This document shows, piece by piece, positions 58,421 through 59,060 of a DNA stretch of 59,060 bases; within the stretch, counting starts at the first letter, position 1; each line of letters begins with the position of its first letter. The DNA is taken from NCBI GenBank assembly GCA_028710285.1, contig JAQTUK010000001.1, positions 1 to 59,060 on the forward strand. Direction: 5' to 3'. The notes below the pieces were generated by a model, which saw nothing but the letters and a program-made list of their open reading frames with translations, searched no databases and was not told the origin of the DNA. This DNA is from Candidatus Methylacidiphilaceae bacterium (GTDB lineage: Bacteria; Verrucomicrobiota; Verrucomicrobiia; Methylacidiphilales; Methylacidiphilaceae). The translations under genes and the position numbers were made by a program.

Positions 58421-59034
58421 CGTCCCGGCGAAGTAGGATCAATAAAGATCTCGTTGACCGGAGCGCCCGGCCCTCCGCTCGGGCGGGGCCAGGGGACGCG
58501 AACCTCCGTCCCTTCCTCGTCTCGAAGAACGAGGCAGTGTCGGTCGATCTGCGCGATTCGAGCTTTGCAAAGGCCGGAGGGCGTTCGAATCACGAGCGGT
58601 TCGCCTGGGTGGTAAACTCTGCCTCCCACGATCACCTCATGGCCCTCGAGATAGCCCCAAATCGGCAGGTAGGAAGCGAGGTTGGAAAGGGTGATCGGAG
58701 GTTCCGCGCTCTGCGCCGATCCGGTTTCAAACGCGCCATTCGCCGGCAACCCGAACGCATCGACTCCACCGGGAGGGGCAAGGGGCATGCTGCCCGTCGG
58801 CTTTGGCGTGGGAATGGGGACGCTCCGCAGGTCGCTTGCCGATCGTTCCCCGGCAAGATTGGCTGACGCATCCGCCTGGGCGGCTGCATGGGTTACTCTG
58901 CCAATCTCCCACCCAGGTTTTCGGTTCGGAAGGAAAAGGAGAAAGAGGAGAAGGACAATCAACCCCAGGAGAACGAGGGTTGTCGCAGACAGGGATCGTT
59001 TCACTCCCGGGAACGGGGGCTGTTCCCCTTTCAT
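58417..59034 (-). CDS. Membrane-anchored protein, GspB/PilP-like C-terminal beta domain
   Basis: N-terminal TM; VIVGGRVYHPGE..IAQIDRHCLVL; frame stays open to the window edge, so the start may lie outside. Confidence 0.55.
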   Translation of the reverse strand: MKGEQPPFPGVKRSLSATTLVLLGLIVLLLFLLFLPNRKPGWEIGRVTHAAAQADASANLAGERSASDLRSVPIPTPKPTGSMPLAPPGGVDAFGLPANGAFETGSAQSAEPPITLSNLASYLPIWGYLEGHEVIVGGRVYHPGEPLVIRTPSGLCKARIAQIDRHCLVLRDEEGTEVRVPWPRPSGGPGAPVNEIFIDPTSPGR

Positions 59035-59060
59035 CTCCTGCTGCGGATCATTCTGGTTCA

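Noticed and set aside
1-59060. CRISPR array, transposase, integrase, prophage or defence system
   Set aside because: No regularly spaced repeats or diagnostic protein motifs seen by eye

Overview
High-GC bacterial chromosome window. Gene content and one diagnostic truncated globin suggest an acidophilic verrucomicrobial methanotroph (Methylacidimicrobium/Methylacidiphilum-like); this taxonomy is inference. About 50 CDSs and one tRNA-Ser(GCT) are supported. Housekeeping blocks (putA, M42 peptidase, DedA, Hsp20, bcp, rsmE, hldD, ClpX-like ATPase, rpoN, nirK) surround two nitrogen-acquisition modules that carry five well-spaced sigma54 (-24/-12) promoters. (1) A lower-GC urea module ending near the tRNA: Cys-rich permease, outer-membrane porin, fused ureAB, ureC-E-F-G-D and a truncated globin. 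(2) A ~10.4 kb nitrate-assimilation module bounded by a 40-bp direct repeat that duplicates the 3' end of a neighbouring gene. It holds LysR, a NasS/NrtA-like protein, nitrate reductase, nirBD, a globin, and a single ORF joining a NarK-type inner-membrane MFS transporter, through an internal signal-peptide-like segment, to an 8-stranded outer-membrane beta-barrel. That ORF is the most unusual element. Also present: a tandem duplicated ECF sigma/anti-sigma-VWA module, an Rpe paralog with both catalytic Asp changed to Glu, and a secreted lysozyme-like protein. No CRISPR, integrase or transposase was seen. All assignments come from reading motifs by eye, with no database searches.
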